In this document: positions 1-12,078 of the stretch, piece after piece
How positions within the stretch are numbered: the stretch's first letter is position 1
Layout of the letters: the number at the start of each line of letters is the position of its first letter
Assembly: GCA_028023455.1 (NCBI GenBank)
Contig: JAQFVV010000002.1
Coordinates: forward strand, 32,674,001 to 32,738,000
Direction: 5' to 3'
Source: Epiperipatus broadwayi
Lineage: Eukaryota; Animalia; Onychophora
Length of the DNA stretch: 64,000 nucleotides
The notes under the pieces: generated by a model
Seen by the model: only the letters and a program-made list of their open reading frames with translations
The model's database searches: none
What the model was told of the DNA's origin: nothing
Position numbers and translations under genes: made by a program

Positions 1-722
1 AACAGATTAGGTTCTCGCTTGTGACCCTCATCAATGATGAGCCTTAGATCTGGGCACTACATCTAGATACCTAGATCTTAGGATCTAATGAAATCTTCAG
101 GCAGTCAAATTTTTACCTGTTTAGATATAAAACTATTGAGTCCAAGATGAAAACAGTGTTTTGATTCAAACTCATTCATTTGCATAGTGTCATATAAATT
201 TGAACCCAGTCCAGCATCTATACTTATGGTGTCATTAATAACCATAGTTACAACCATTCCATTGGACAATGTCACACAATCACCATTCCCTATCCTTACC
301 CAAGCTGTTAAAATAGAAGCAAAACTCCCCATATAGTAGTGACATCCAGTGCAAATCAGATTAATTGATGGATGCAAGCTTTGTGAATAAAATCCTTATC
401 TAGTGCCTATTCGTTCAATATGTTCAGACTCATAGCTTTATAGTTAATTAAAAAGACAAAAGTTGGCTGCTGATAGATTGAATTAGATCCTAAGATTTAG
501 GTTCAATCCTCTCAAATCCAAGAGTCTTCACTGACGAAAGCCACAAACTAGAAACTAGTCTGGGGATATTGGATGAGTAGACACTGGATAATGATTTTAT
601 ACACAAACTTTCTTGCATCTATTGATTACTCTAGCTTGCTCTGAGTGGTGCTACTGTGTGGAGCGTTTTGCCTCTGTTTAACAGCTTGTGTAAGCATAGG
701 GAATGTTGATCATGTGATGGTC
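1..722. mobile_element. Composite of HH-A (hammerhead-bearing PLE-like terminal repeat) copies: minus fragments 1-230 and 270-425, plus copy ~430-722
   Basis: 318-420 is the reverse complement of 566-670. The sense copy ends in the family tail AACAGCTTGTGTAAGCATAGGGAATGTTGATCATGTGATG. Hammerhead at 526-565. Confidence 0.8.
526..565 (+). ncRNA. Minimal type I hammerhead ribozyme motif (HH-A), partly decayed stem II
   Basis: CTTCA-CTGACGA-AAGCCACAAACTA-GAAA-CTAGTC-TGGGG: both core boxes, GUC triplet, stem I CUUCA/UGGGG, palindromic ACUAGU stem III. Confidence 0.7.
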
Positions 723-744
723 AGTGATTATGAAGTAGTAATAA

Positions 745-1180
745 AATTAAAGTCAAAAATTGCTATAGCTAAACAGACTTTTAATAAGAGCAGGAAATTG
801 TTCTTTAATCTTTTGTAATGTAAGAAAAATTTTTATTTAATGGTTTATTTGCAATATTAATTTATATGGAGTAGAAACATGAACAATTAGGAAAAATGAT
901 GAGAGAAAATTAGAGACTTTAGAGATATTGATTTGGAAGAGAATTGATATGAGAAGTTAGAAAGGTAAATGAAAAAAAATATTTTTTTTTAGAAATTATG
1001 AAGAGAAATTGAATTGGGGATGTATTAAGAAGCAGGGGAATTCTAAAAGATGTGTTGGAAGGGAATACAAAAGGAAAGAGGAAATAAAGTGAGACAACTC
1101 ATGATTTTAAAAAGGAAAATAGTGATGAGTATTTGAAAAGTAGAACAAGAGACAAGAAAGACTTGAACAGTGTGAGTTGA
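745..1180 (+). pseudogene. Decayed RTE-type LINE, 3' part of the RT ORF
   Basis: Translates with stops to KSKIAIAKQTFNK..LYGVET*TIRKNDERKLETLEILIWKRI..ILKDVLEGNTKGKR. Confidence 0.7.
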
Positions 1181-1830
1181 TGATATATGCGATATGCTTT
1201 TTGGCAGATAATTGATAAATGATAATTGATAGTGTTATTAGAAATAGCTTTATGTAATTAAACAAATGTTCTTTATATGTATATTGCTTACATACATATG
1301 TTTTTTCAAAGACAAGACTTATGGCATTTGGATTTGTGAGTATTATGATCATGTGACCATACTTAATGATCGTTATAGCATAGAAATAGCAGTAACTTTT
1401 AAAGCCTTTTCTATTATGTCTCATTCAACAAAATTAAATAGAAGTAACAATACCCCTGTAAGCTATGTATAAATAATACTCGTATGTCAGGTTCTGTTAA
1501 AGTTTATAGTCCCATTAAAGTTTATAATATAACTACAACTAAGATTCTAAAATAAATTATGAAGGGTCAGGCAAGGGCAAACTATCACCAGCAGTCTCAT
1601 CATAGTACCCTAATTCATTTTGAGGGGGAGAACTTAACACAGATAAATTTTAAAAATAAATCATTAAAAAAAATTAATTGAAGATTTCTCGTTTTTTTTA
1701 AATTATGCAGATTCTTAATTTTTTTTAAAAAATGACATCACAATTTGAAATAAATAACGGACACATGTGCATTAAGTCTGTTTAATACATTTTGGAATAA
1801 CAAATATTATGTATTAAAAATAAATAAAGT

Positions 1831-1940
1831 CAAGCGTTGGTAGTCGAGAGATCAGCACAGCCGCCTTACAAGCAGTTGTCCCGGGTCAGCAGGTTTGCTT
1901 CCTGGCCGATGCTATGACACATGAAAAAAATAAATAAATA
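1831..1940 (+). mobile_element. tRNA-Gly(TCC)-derived SINE
   Basis: GCGTTGGTAGTCGAGAGATCAGCACAGCCGCCTTACAAGCAGTTGTCCCGGG...CTTCCTGGCCGATGCT follows eukaryotic tRNA-Gly-TCC, then ATGACACATG and an A-rich tail; 5 copies in the window. Confidence 0.8.
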
Positions 1941-1944
1941 ATCA

Positions 1945-2010
1945 AATGACTTTATTGTTCAAAAGTTCATAAGAAGTTTGAGTGCCGAAATTGCGGAACT
2001 GGAAACTACC
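1945..2010 (-). mobile_element. 3' fragment of a second tRNA-derived SINE family (SINE-F)
   Basis: Shares AACTTCTTATGAAC...TGAACAATAAAGTC with 6100-6205, 12985-13085, 14775-14900 and 29765-29880. Confidence 0.55.
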
Positions 2011-2033
2011 GAATATACACTAGATTAAATAAT

Positions 2034-2107
2034 CACATGATCACCATCTCTTATGCAAGCATATAACTGGTTGGCACCAGGTGGCACTACTGTATGGAGA
2101 GTTTTGC
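2034..2107 (-). mobile_element. HH-A retrocopy (tail + inverted fragment) with 14-bp TSD
   Basis: CTAGATTAAATAAT at 2020-2033 and 2108-2121. Confidence 0.8.
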
Positions 2108-2587
2108 CTAGATTAAATAATGCAACATTTAAACTATCCTTAATAAACTTCACTATTAAGTATTTGTTATTTAAATATAACATTAATCAAATAAATGTAA
2201 TTATTGCAGAAAATATCACATTGATAAACCAACAGTATGAGTTAACAACTCTACGTAATATGAAAACAAAACATGGCATTTCCTGTTTGGCTGGTTAATA
2301 AATTGAATGAGGATCTTCATGAGCAGTATAAAAATTTAATATCAAAGTTCAATAACTAATGAGAAAACTTACAATGATTATTGACTTAAAATTGCAAAAG
2401 GTAATGTAATCATTTGCTTGCCATGATAGAAGAATACTTCTGACTGCTGTCAGATATATATACATCTTATCAAGTCATTTCAATTTGGACAAAAAATATC
2501 CATTTTGATGAAGTCAAAATATCTTTAGCAATATTCAATGGAAAAATGTGCTTAAATATTAGTGATAGATTTATTTCAAATATATAG

Positions 2588-2702
2588 GCCCTTGGATTAA
2601 TGCATCATATTTGCAATAATGATTATGGAATAGCATTACTATATTATCCAATGCAACAAAACTACTTTCAAGAATTTTACTTCCAGCCATACCAGAGTCA
2701 TG
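2588..2702 (+). CDS. Candidate internal host-gene exon (ALGLMHHICNNDYGIALLYYPMQQNYFQEFYFQPYQSH)
   Basis: AG acceptor at 2586-2587, one open frame, strong CATG|GTGAGT donor; protein not recognised. Confidence 0.45.
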
Positions 2703-4109
2703 GTGAGTGTAGAACAGTGGTTTCCAATTTGTGGTAGCCGTAACTCTGGGGTTCTATGATGGACCAATTATTATTCATAATGGCAGAAAGCAAAAGATTA
2801 TAATGTGTTAAAATTAAAAAATTAAAACAATGTTATAATTTAGGTTTGCAAAGAGAACTATAAACACAGATAAATCCTATCCAGATGTCTCGTCTCCATA
2901 TAAGAAAATGGACAGGGTTTTGAAAGCTCTCATTTGAACAATTATTAAATTTTTTAAATATAAATTGAAACTCTTTGATATGGTGTAAATATTCATATAC
3001 AATATGAACGTATCAACTTTATGTTTAATTCTTTCTTTCGTATTTTTTCTTTGTAAAAACAAAATTTGAATGTATTGATTACTATATAATCTTTTATATT
3101 AATTTGCAATTCACAATCACACAAAACTGAAGATCAAAGCTGTGATCGAATTATTAGAAGCATATATTAATATATTATGAAAATATATTAATGAAAAGAA
3201 TAAGAATGGATAAAAGAAAAGAATAATAAGCTCCTTGTATATATGCAATTTACCTTTTACTGTTCGTCCATATTAAATATGTGCTTGCGTGTGTATCTGA
3301 TGTTCTTGTGTGTATATCTGATGTTCGATAGAAATTACAACAATAAATATTAAAAGAAGAATTATGTGGTGTAAAATTTTTGCATGGTGTAGTCTAAAGT
3401 GACTTTTATACTTTCCAAATTTATTCAAATTATTTGATATAATTATTTGAAAGCTTAAAAGCTCTGCGCTTTTACACTTTCAAATTATTTGACTGAAATT
3501 AGTATACTTTTGATTACTGCTGTGCGAATATGTCGTGGAAATGCAATAAAACTTCGAGAGTGCCAGAAGATGAAATGGAAATTAAAAAATAAATAAATAA
3601 ATGAACTAAAAATTTTGTAAAAATAAAATATTTTTACAAAATAGTGAATTTAAATAACACTACATTTTGAATGAAACCTTGTTTCCCCAAGTTGTTACCC
3701 AATGCCCTCAGTTAGTTTTTCTTCAATTTTGTAACTACTTTCTTTCGAGTACATTTTAATACTTTGGAAAACTAAAACTTCTATTTTAATTTTGAAATTG
3801 TGATCATGTCAATTTTTAACACGCATTATTGACTTTTTCATTTCCGGTGGACAATTTTGTCTTAATTTTTCTGTTGGATACAGAAATTATAATATATAAA
3901 ATATATTGTATTTCCAATAAATTTTCATACATCTCATATTTTAAATTTTTATTTTTATATTCGTTGAACTTAATGTCCCACAAACGAGTAAAACATTAAT
4001 ATATTTTGATTAATTCTCTGTAAAGATGATATTTTGTGTTTGAATAATTCGTTTTAATAGTTTGTTATAATTATTAACTTTAGTGAGTAAATTGCAATCT
4101 AATTTACTT

Positions 4110-5080
4110 TATCCCCCCAAAACGCAGTGTCTGATTAATTACTGTCCAAAAAAGGATAACATTTACTTTTATTTTTTATTACAAAAAGTACCGTAATTTT
4201 TCCGATTCACACACACACACACACCCAAAGAAGCCCAACTCTAATTAATTTCTGTCCAAATAACTCTCCGCTATATTTACTATTATTTGTTATTAAAAAA
4301 GTAATGTAACTTTTTATGGATACACACACAAAAAAGCCCCTCTCTGATTAATTACTGTCCCAAAAAGGTCAAAGTCGGCTTTCATTGTAAAATTTTGTGG
4401 AAGTTGTAATATAATTGATTTTGATTTCAAAACACAATGTCTGATTAATTAAGGTCCCAAAAAGCTAAAATTTACTCTTATTTTCTATTAAAAAAAGGAA
4501 TGTAACTTTTTATATCCGCACACACTCAAAAAAGCCAGTCTCTGATTAATTACTGTCCAAAAAAGTCTCTAACATATTATTATTTGTAACTGTTAAATAA
4601 CGAAATGTGTGGTTTATATATGTAATAAAATCAGATATTCTACGGTGATATCCCCACACAAACTCAAATATATATTATTATTCTAATTATTTCTAAAGCG
4701 CTTTTCGAAGGAGCTATGCCTTCATTTTCAAAGCTATAGATAGATAGCGATGTTCAATTTATTTAAACCAACAGATGCAAATTATTTAAATTAGGTCTGC
4801 TATTTCTTTGAGATTGCATAAAACGTGTCTCTTTTATTTAACGAGTTTTCATCTGAGTTAATGAAATAGGCCTCCTTGATTTTCCTTCTTATCTCATGTC
4901 GCTATTTGTTATTCGAAGGTAACAATTTTTTTATCGATACACACACACCAAAAAAAAAAAAAAAGCCAGTGTCTGATTAATTATTGTCCCAAAAAGTCTG
5001 CTTACCTTTTTATATTTTGTTTGGATTTTTTAATTTTATGGAAATCGTAATATAATTTACTTTTATTTACTATTCCAAAA
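4110..5080. repeat. Degenerate ~100-bp tandem array with core CAGTGTCTGATTAATTACTGTCC(A/C)AAAAAG
   Basis: Core copies near 4125, 4236, 4340, 4435, 4536 and 4967, several preceded by (CA)n + AAAAAGCC. Confidence 0.8.
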
Positions 5081-5242
5081 ATAAAGGCAATAGTTCTATA
5101 GAATCGCTGACCCGGGAACGTTATATCTGTGTGTTTTTACTTAACATCAATGCCATCAAGCGGCTGACAGGATAGATCAGAACACTACACTAAATGTTTA
5201 AAAGGTATAAATATATTGTTGGTTTAGTTGCGGCTGGCCACA

Positions 5243-5316
5243 CAACTCTGCACAAACCTTGCATCCATTGATTACTAAGGCTTGCACTGGTTGGCACTAC
5301 TGTATGGAGAGTTTGC
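5243..5316 (+). mobile_element. HH-A fragment fused to an RTEX-like 3' end
   Basis: GCACAAACCTTGCATCCATTGATTACT...CACTACTGTATGGAGAGTTTGC matches the family consensus. Confidence 0.75.
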
Positions 5317-5318
5317 TA

Positions 5319-5625
5319 TAGAAAACATTAGGCATCTGTTAATTGAATGTAAATGCATGCAAGCAGAAAAGGTATAAATAATGAAGCTGTGAAAGAATAA
5401 ATATAAGCAAAGTGATTTACAGAAAGTGGGTTGGGAAAAGATAAGGGGGATTAGATATAAAGACCATAATTTGACAAAGAATATATTGTGGAAATGGGAT
5501 GGAGCAGGATAGAGAAGAATATGGGAAAATGGTGGGGAATGGAAAGGGAAGTTTAGGAAGCTAACAGGTTTCTCTGGGCATAGTGGCTGAAAGAATTCTG
5601 CCTCTGAGAACGAAGAGCCAGTGCT
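5319..5625 (+). mobile_element. 3' fragment of the RTEX-like LINE
   Basis: Matches the reverse complement of ~40030-40375 (TAGAAAA.ATTAGGCATCTG; GCTAACAGGTTTCTCTGGGCAT). Confidence 0.8.
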
Positions 5626-6356
5626 TCACATATTGAGCTTTGATCCATCAGCCTTTAACTCTCAAGTCACTGTACAGAGGATTCATTGTGTTTTCACTGT
5701 TTTAGCGAATACATTCATATGAGATGATTTGATAATTTTTAAAAAACTTCATCAGTTTGCAAAAATGTTAAAAAAAATGTAGAATAGTTTTTAAATTTAT
5801 TCATTAAAAATAAATCATAGGATTTGAATACTGGAAATGACAAAATTGGACCCACAATTTATGGACTTCGAACTCCATAGTTTACCCCTTTCCTATTGCA
5901 AGCTGGGTATTACATATTATCTTCAGTAATGGATGAATTAATCTTGGTCAATCTTCTGTACAGTTTCAGTCTGAACATTTCTTATGTGCTAAGAATGGAT
6001 TTAGCATAATGTTGTTTAAGGAATAGGGTGGTTTTTTTTTTGGGGGGGGGGTAGAGTATATTGTTTATGGAATGGATTATTTGAAGAGGGTAGGAGCTAG
6101 AGTATTAAATGTTTGATGTTCAGATTATGGCTCAACTCCTTCACTTTGTTTGCTTGAACTTTTTATGAACTCTCCTGAGCAATAGACTATTTGATTATTA
6201 AATAAATTTTTTCTGACATTTTTATTCTTCTTCTAAAACCCACATATTATTACAGAGTATCCAAATTTTGTATCAAATGACTTGAAAAAAGCGCAAGTCA
6301 CTTTTAAGCATATTGAAAATTTCAATATATATTAACTATAAAGCAAAATAATACTA

Positions 6357-6501
6357 ACACAGAGGCAAAACTCTCCATACAGTAGCGCCACTCAGTGAAA
6401 GCCAGAGTAATCAATGGATGTAGGAAGGTTTGTGCATAAAATCCCTATCTAGTGCTTACTCATCCAATATCGCTAGCTTGATGATGTTTAGTTGTTCAAA
6501 C
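6357..6501. mobile_element. HH-A retrocopy (inverted arm + short tail)
   Basis: Minus arm 6357-6475, tail remnant TGATGTTTAG, possible TSD TAATACTA at 6349-6356 and 6502-6509. Confidence 0.75.
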
Positions 6502-7684
6502 TAATACTATTGTTTTGATGGCATTTGATTCATCTACAAATGTAGTTTCCCTTACATATACACTTTTTATTATTTAATATTTATAAACGGATATAATTTG
6601 AAAATTTTGAAATTAATGCTGAAATAAAAGAAATATCAATGTGAACGGATATTTAAAATATAATTGAAAAGTAAAGAGTCAGAATAATATATTGAAGAGA
6701 ATTTAATTTTTCCTCAATGTTATACTAAAAAAAGAACTTGGAAATTTTCAAAAAGAGGACAATTATGGTCATCATTGTAATGGATGGATATTATTATGGA
6801 ATGTATGGGGTTGACAATTTTGAAGACACATAGGAAGGCACATAAGAGACTTGTCTGGTAGCACTTCGTCCACTGATATCCATGGGTAATAGATGAATCA
6901 GGCAGATAATGATGATGATAAGTAAGTTTAATAAATAAGTCATGCTTATAAAAATGAATTGGGTTTATTATTCCTATTATCAAATAAGAAATAGAAGTTT
7001 TAAATGGATTTTCACCCAATTTCGATAAAAAAGATCTTTCATGGTAGTTAATGATTGAGAGACCTTTTGACTTGAAGATATGGTTGTTTAAGTGTTCCTT
7101 TGATAAACTTTTTTTTAAAAAAAATCAAAGCACGGGTTATATTTGAGATATTTATTTTAAAAATTACATTCAAGATTTCATAGAAATTTTAATATATAAG
7201 GAATAAAAACAAAAATTCTAAACAAAAGTTTTTAAGGAAAAAAATAGTGGGAAATTATTCAAACTATTAAAATAGCCCTATTGATATGAGATATAAATAT
7301 TGAAATGGGTTTAGGGTTATTCATATAATTTTGAGAAATTCTGATAATTTACCGTTAATTCTTAGAAATAAACTTGTAGAACACTCATAACATTTTATGG
7401 GAATACTTCATCTCCGTTGTTGCTTATAGTTTCATTTAATTTATCTAATCCTTATCCCCAAGTTTTACAGCAGTGCACGTAGATGTAATTTTCTAATTAT
7501 ACAAATGTCACATTGTGTATATTTTTACAGTATGGATCCATATATGTCTTTAAAAAATTCAGTTGTTTAATATTTGTGAGAGGAGGAAAAGGTTTAAATT
7601 TAATTTAAAATTATAAAAAATTGTGAAATTAATGAGTAACATTAGTTTCAAAATGCCATAACTAGTTTTTTTTCTTGTTCAGTA

Positions 7685-7990
7685 GTGGCCCTGTGCAGTA
7701 TTTTTTATTATTATAGATTACAAAAGTTTCTTTATTTGTTTTTTAAAAAATAATCATTTAATATTTATGAGAGGAAAAAAAATGTTTTAAATTTAATTTT
7801 AAATGGAATTTATAAAAAAATTTGTGTTACGCAATGTTGTATATGCCAGTTTCTTCATTATTTAGTTTCCCATAAATGTGAATATTTTTTATTTCAATTT
7901 TTAAACCAATTGAATCATTAACGTAAACTGTGAAAAGCATTAAGTAAATAATATTAATATCTGTATTTCGGTATTTTTTAATTGTTGTAG
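7685..7990. repeat. Dispersed old repeat, also at 26528-26890 with related pieces at 57760-57990; possibly DNA-transposon derived
   Basis: Colinear similarity from GGCCC(C)TGTGCAGTATT to ATAATATTA..ATCT.TATT.C.GTATTTT. Confidence 0.55.
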
Positions 7991-8002
7991 TCATGTGATA
8001 GG

Positions 8003-8720
8003 CTTAGATTGAAAATATGTTTCTCAGTTTGGGCTGATAGCTTGGTAGTATAAAATAGAGGTAAATAATATTAGCTGGAAAGGTGCTTTAGATCCTAAAG
8101 ATCCAGTTGCAGTGCGCCTAGTTCCAAAACTCCTCACTGATGAGAGTCATAAGCTTGAAACTAGTCTGGGGGATTTTGAATAGGAATGCACAATGTAGGG
8201 AATTATTAAGTGCATTACTACTTCCTAAAGCTTACAATAGGTGGCGATAGAGAAGGTGAAAGTATACTACTAAAACAATAATATGTAAGCTGAAACCATG
8301 TGATAGGTATGATGTTATGTTATTGGTTTATATCAATCTTTCTCCACAGGAGATGTCTATAATTGTTAAAAAAAAGTAAGGACTCCATAATATATAGAAA
8401 CTGAACTGGATTCAGATCTGTATGACCTTATCAGCAAGTTGGCTGAAATTGCAAATGTGTATGTGTTTTTCTGTCTGGGCTGATAATTTGATAGTATAAA
8501 TTAGAGGTAAATAATAGCAACTGGAAAGAAAGTACATTAGATCCTAAAAGTCCCAGTATACTGTTCCAAGTTTCAAAGTTCTTCATTGATGAGAGCCATA
8601 ACTGTGAAGTTAGTTTGGGGATTTTGGATAGGAAATCCCAGGATAGGGACCTCTTAAGACTGCCATCTATCATTACTTCCTAAAGCTTACCATCAAGTGG
8701 CACAGAGACGGTCTAAGTAT
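8003..8720 (+). mobile_element. Two tandem copies (~450 bp apart) of HH-A2, a subfamily related to HH-A
   Basis: 8010-8250 repeats at 8455-8710 (GGGCTGATA, AGAGGTAAATAATA, TTAGATCCTAAA, ACTTCCTAAAGCTTAC); hammerhead cores at 8137 and 8586. Confidence 0.75.
8130..8172 (+). ncRNA. Type I hammerhead ribozyme (HH-A2), core intact
   Basis: CCTCA-CTGATGA-GAGT[CATAA]GCTT-GAAA-CTAGTC-TGGGG; predicted cleavage after C8166. Confidence 0.8.
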
Positions 8721-9262
8721 GTCAGCAAAATAAATTGATTATCCAATTAAAATCCAGCAATCAAAGAAAATATTTAAAATAACATTAATGATAGCACATG
8801 TCTCATATATAGGGTCTTATTTGCTATAGATTGAGGCTGTAATGTCTTAATATATTTTTCTGGAAATTATAATCAATATATATTCTAATGAGTTAAACAA
8901 TATATTGCATGTTTAATGTTTTCTATAGTAAGAAGTTATACCGTTTTAGAGTTTGTTAAATTACAAATGATATGACTAACTTGTTTTTAGTTCTTTATTA
9001 GTATTTTTTTGCTATTTCATTATATTTTTTGCTTCTCAAATGATGAATGTTATTTTTAATATGAAAAGTAGATTTTTAATTAATTTTTTATTCACGTACA
9101 TTATATTGACAAATCTAAATGTAGAAAGTCATAAAGAAAATGAAGTTAATCTCTTTTTTTTTTAAATTACAAAATAGGCGAAATTTTTTTTTAGTATTTT
9201 ATATGAACAAGTATTACATAGGCATACTATATTTAGATAATGTGACTTAATATTAGTGTCAG

Positions 9263-9265
<3 letters not shown>

Positions 9266-9309
<44 letters not shown>
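9266..9309. repeat. (TA)n microsatellite abutting an RTE 3' fragment
   Basis: Pure AT dinucleotide run. Confidence 0.95.
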
Positions 9310-9311
<2 letters not shown>

Positions 9312-9546
9312 AGTTGGGCTGGACATATTGCTAGAAGAGATGATAATAGATGGACAATTGAAATTTTGAACTGGATTCCAAGAGATTGTAAAAGACCCAG
9401 AAAGACACCACATGTGAGATGAATGGATGAATGAAATAAAAAAGTGTGCAAGGATGATGTGGAGAAGAGAAGCTAAAAATAGGAAAAGATGGATTGAACT
9501 TGGAGAGACCTTCAACCTGCAGTGGATTGATAATAGTTGATGATGT
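9310..9546 (+). mobile_element. RTE LINE short 3' fragment
   Basis: WAGHIARRDDNRWT-coding sequence plus the same 3' end as 62380-62609; flanked by TA runs. Confidence 0.9.
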
Positions 9547-10689
9547 ATATATATAATGCTCAAGGCTAAATGGGTTTATAAGTAATCATTAAAATTAATC
9601 AACACTTAAACAATCTCAATATCAAGAACAATCTCAAACTGTTGTCAAGGCAACTTCCTTGACAACAGTTTGAGATTGTTATTGATATGGGGATTGTCTC
9701 TAAGTGTTGGCAAATTGTATTGATATATATATGAGAAAATATCTGAGTGCATATCACTAGCTGAAATTCAAATGCAAAACTGTTCAAATCACTATCTCAA
9801 ACATGTTTTTTAGCAATGCCATCTCTGTGAATAAATATAAAGTCTGAACTTCAAACAGTGTGACTTAAAGGGATACCTTCTTGAATTGTATGCTGCAATG
9901 ATGTTACGTATTGAAATACAGACTTATTCAAACAAAGAGTGTAAAAAAACGTTTGAGTGATTTGAACAATTTATATATATGTGTGTGATACATCCAAGTG
10001 AAAATCAATTCTCTCTCCAAGCTGCATCTCTAAATCAACATGTGTAGCATAGCGTCATAGTTTAGGTATTTACCACAAAAAATTTAAGGTGTTTGTACAT
10101 CATGACTTGAAATGTGAACTGTTTTATATTTTTATAGATTGTCTTAGTTACTCTATAGATTGTTTTAGTTGCTCTCTATAGATTGTCTTCGTTGCTCCAT
10201 TCCCTGTCAAGAAATCTTGTAAACCACACTTTAAATCATTTCAAATGTTTCAGTAAAACAAAATTTAATGTTAGTATGTTCCATCGTTGTTAAAATTCAA
10301 AGCACATTGCTATATTTTATGTCATACCTCATGATCTAGACATGACTAACTAAACCATGTTGCTATATAACAAACATATTGATTTAAAGATGGTACTGCA
10401 GACCATTTGGGAAAGAAAAACAATATTCGATGACTTTTTTGCTAGAATGTATTATATACAGGCACTCCTCAACTTTTATACATTCTACTTTTGTGCAATT
10501 CACTATTTTGTATGAAGGACAATAGAAAAAGACACAGTGTGTTATGGAACTTTTTATCAAGAAAAGAAAAAGAAGAGAACAATTCAACCATCTCTTGATA
10601 AATTTATAAAGAAAACACCAGATATTAATCAATAAAATGTTATTTATTTATATGCTATTTTTTTAATATTGCTCTACTTTTGTTCATAC

Positions 10690-11406
10690 GTGTTTCAGGA
10701 ACCAATTAGGTATGAAAGTTGAAGACTGCCTGTATATGGAAAAGACTAAAGTAATGTTTAATGGATTTTCTCAAAATATGAAAATAAAGATTGATTATGA
10801 TGAGTTAGAAGAAGTTAACAGCTACAAATACCTTGGTCAGATTATTAATACAATTAGAAACATAATGGATGAAATTAATCATAGAATTAAACTTGGTTGG
10901 AGTGCTTTTGGCAGAAATAACTTGATACTAAAACGAAATATGCCTATGTGTTTGAAAAGGAAGGTTTTTAATAAATGTGTTTTACCAGTTCTTACTTATG
11001 GATGTGATACTTGGACAATTAATAGAAGAGCAGTAGAGAGACTTCAGACAACTCAAAGAAGTATGGAGTGGTGCATGTTGGGAATAACAAAAAGAGATTG
11101 AAAATGCAATATATGAGAGAACAACCAGGTGTTACTAACCTCATTGAAAAAATTAAAAAACCGAAGTGGAGTTGGGCTGGACCTATTGCTAGAAGAGATG
11201 ATAATAGATGGACAATTGAAATCCCAAACTGGATTCCAAGAGATTGTAAAAGACCCAGACTACATGTGAGATGGATGGATGAAATAAGAAAGTGTACAGG
11301 GGTGATGTGGAATAGAGAAGCTAAAGATCGGTGATGGATTGAACTTAAAGAGACCTTCATCCTGTAGTGGATTGATAATGGTTGATGATGATGATGATGA
11401 TGATGA
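10690..11406 (+). mobile_element. RTE LINE 5'-truncated copy with (GAT)n tail
   Basis: ORFs 10712-11101 (YKYLGQ, RIKLGWSAFG, LPVLTYGCDTW) and 11068-11334; (GAT)n at 11384-11406. Confidence 0.92.
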
Positions 11407-11805
11407 ATGTTTATCCATAGTGTTCACTCGCTTAAAAGTGAATATAATAAAAAAAAATCCCTGACTATATTTTGAGAGAATATTAAAGCTTGATTTCCTT
11501 TTGCACTCGATTAATAAAATATAACTTAATATGTACCTCACTTTTCATAGAAATTTTTTCTTTTTAAAAGGAATAATAGAAATAAGATGAATCTCACCAG
11601 AAATTAATTAGCATCTTGCAATAATCTCAGGTTGGAACCAAATGCCTGCTACTAAGTGAGTGTCACCAATAAATGTAATATGTTGGACTATTTCTATCAT
11701 TTATGAGTGAATGTTGAATGTATAGAAAATTTTACACTTTATTTAAACTTTTCAAATACAAACAACTTGTTAGTAATAACACACAGACAATACAGTTTAG
11801 TAATT

Positions 11806-11853
11806 ACACAACGTTTGCGAGTAGTATTATTCTCCACTCTTCTTCAGGTGTTG
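11806..11853 (-). ncRNA. Hammerhead motif (HH-C), left arm
   Basis: ACAC-CUGAAGA-AA-GAGUGG[AGAAUAAUA]CUACUC-GCAAAC-GUU-GUGU; the GAAA box carries an insertion. Confidence 0.6.
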
Positions 11854-12033
11854 CTTAGAAGTTGAACTTGCACCTTTTTTGAATATCGAATTCAAGGCAA
11901 ACGGCTCTACCAACTGAACTATTCTGTCAAAAGCTCAGTTGGTAGAGCGTTTGCCTTGAATTCGATATTCATTAATCTAAAGGTGGGTGTTCAACTTCTA
12001 AGCAAATATTGTCACTGTGCATATAGGCCAGCA

Positions 12034-12078
12034 ACACCTGAAGAAGAGTGGAGAATAATACTACTCGAAACATTGCGT
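12034..12078 (+). ncRNA. Hammerhead motif (HH-C), right arm
   Basis: ACAC-CUGAAGA-A-GAGUGG[AGAAUAAUA]CUACUC-GAAAC-AUU-GCGU; 6-bp stem II. Confidence 0.65.

Noticed and set aside
6720-7060. Possible PLE reverse transcriptase remnant (LPMDISG, HYNDD)
   Set aside because: The motif resemblance needs frameshifts and is too weak by eye; needs BLASTX.
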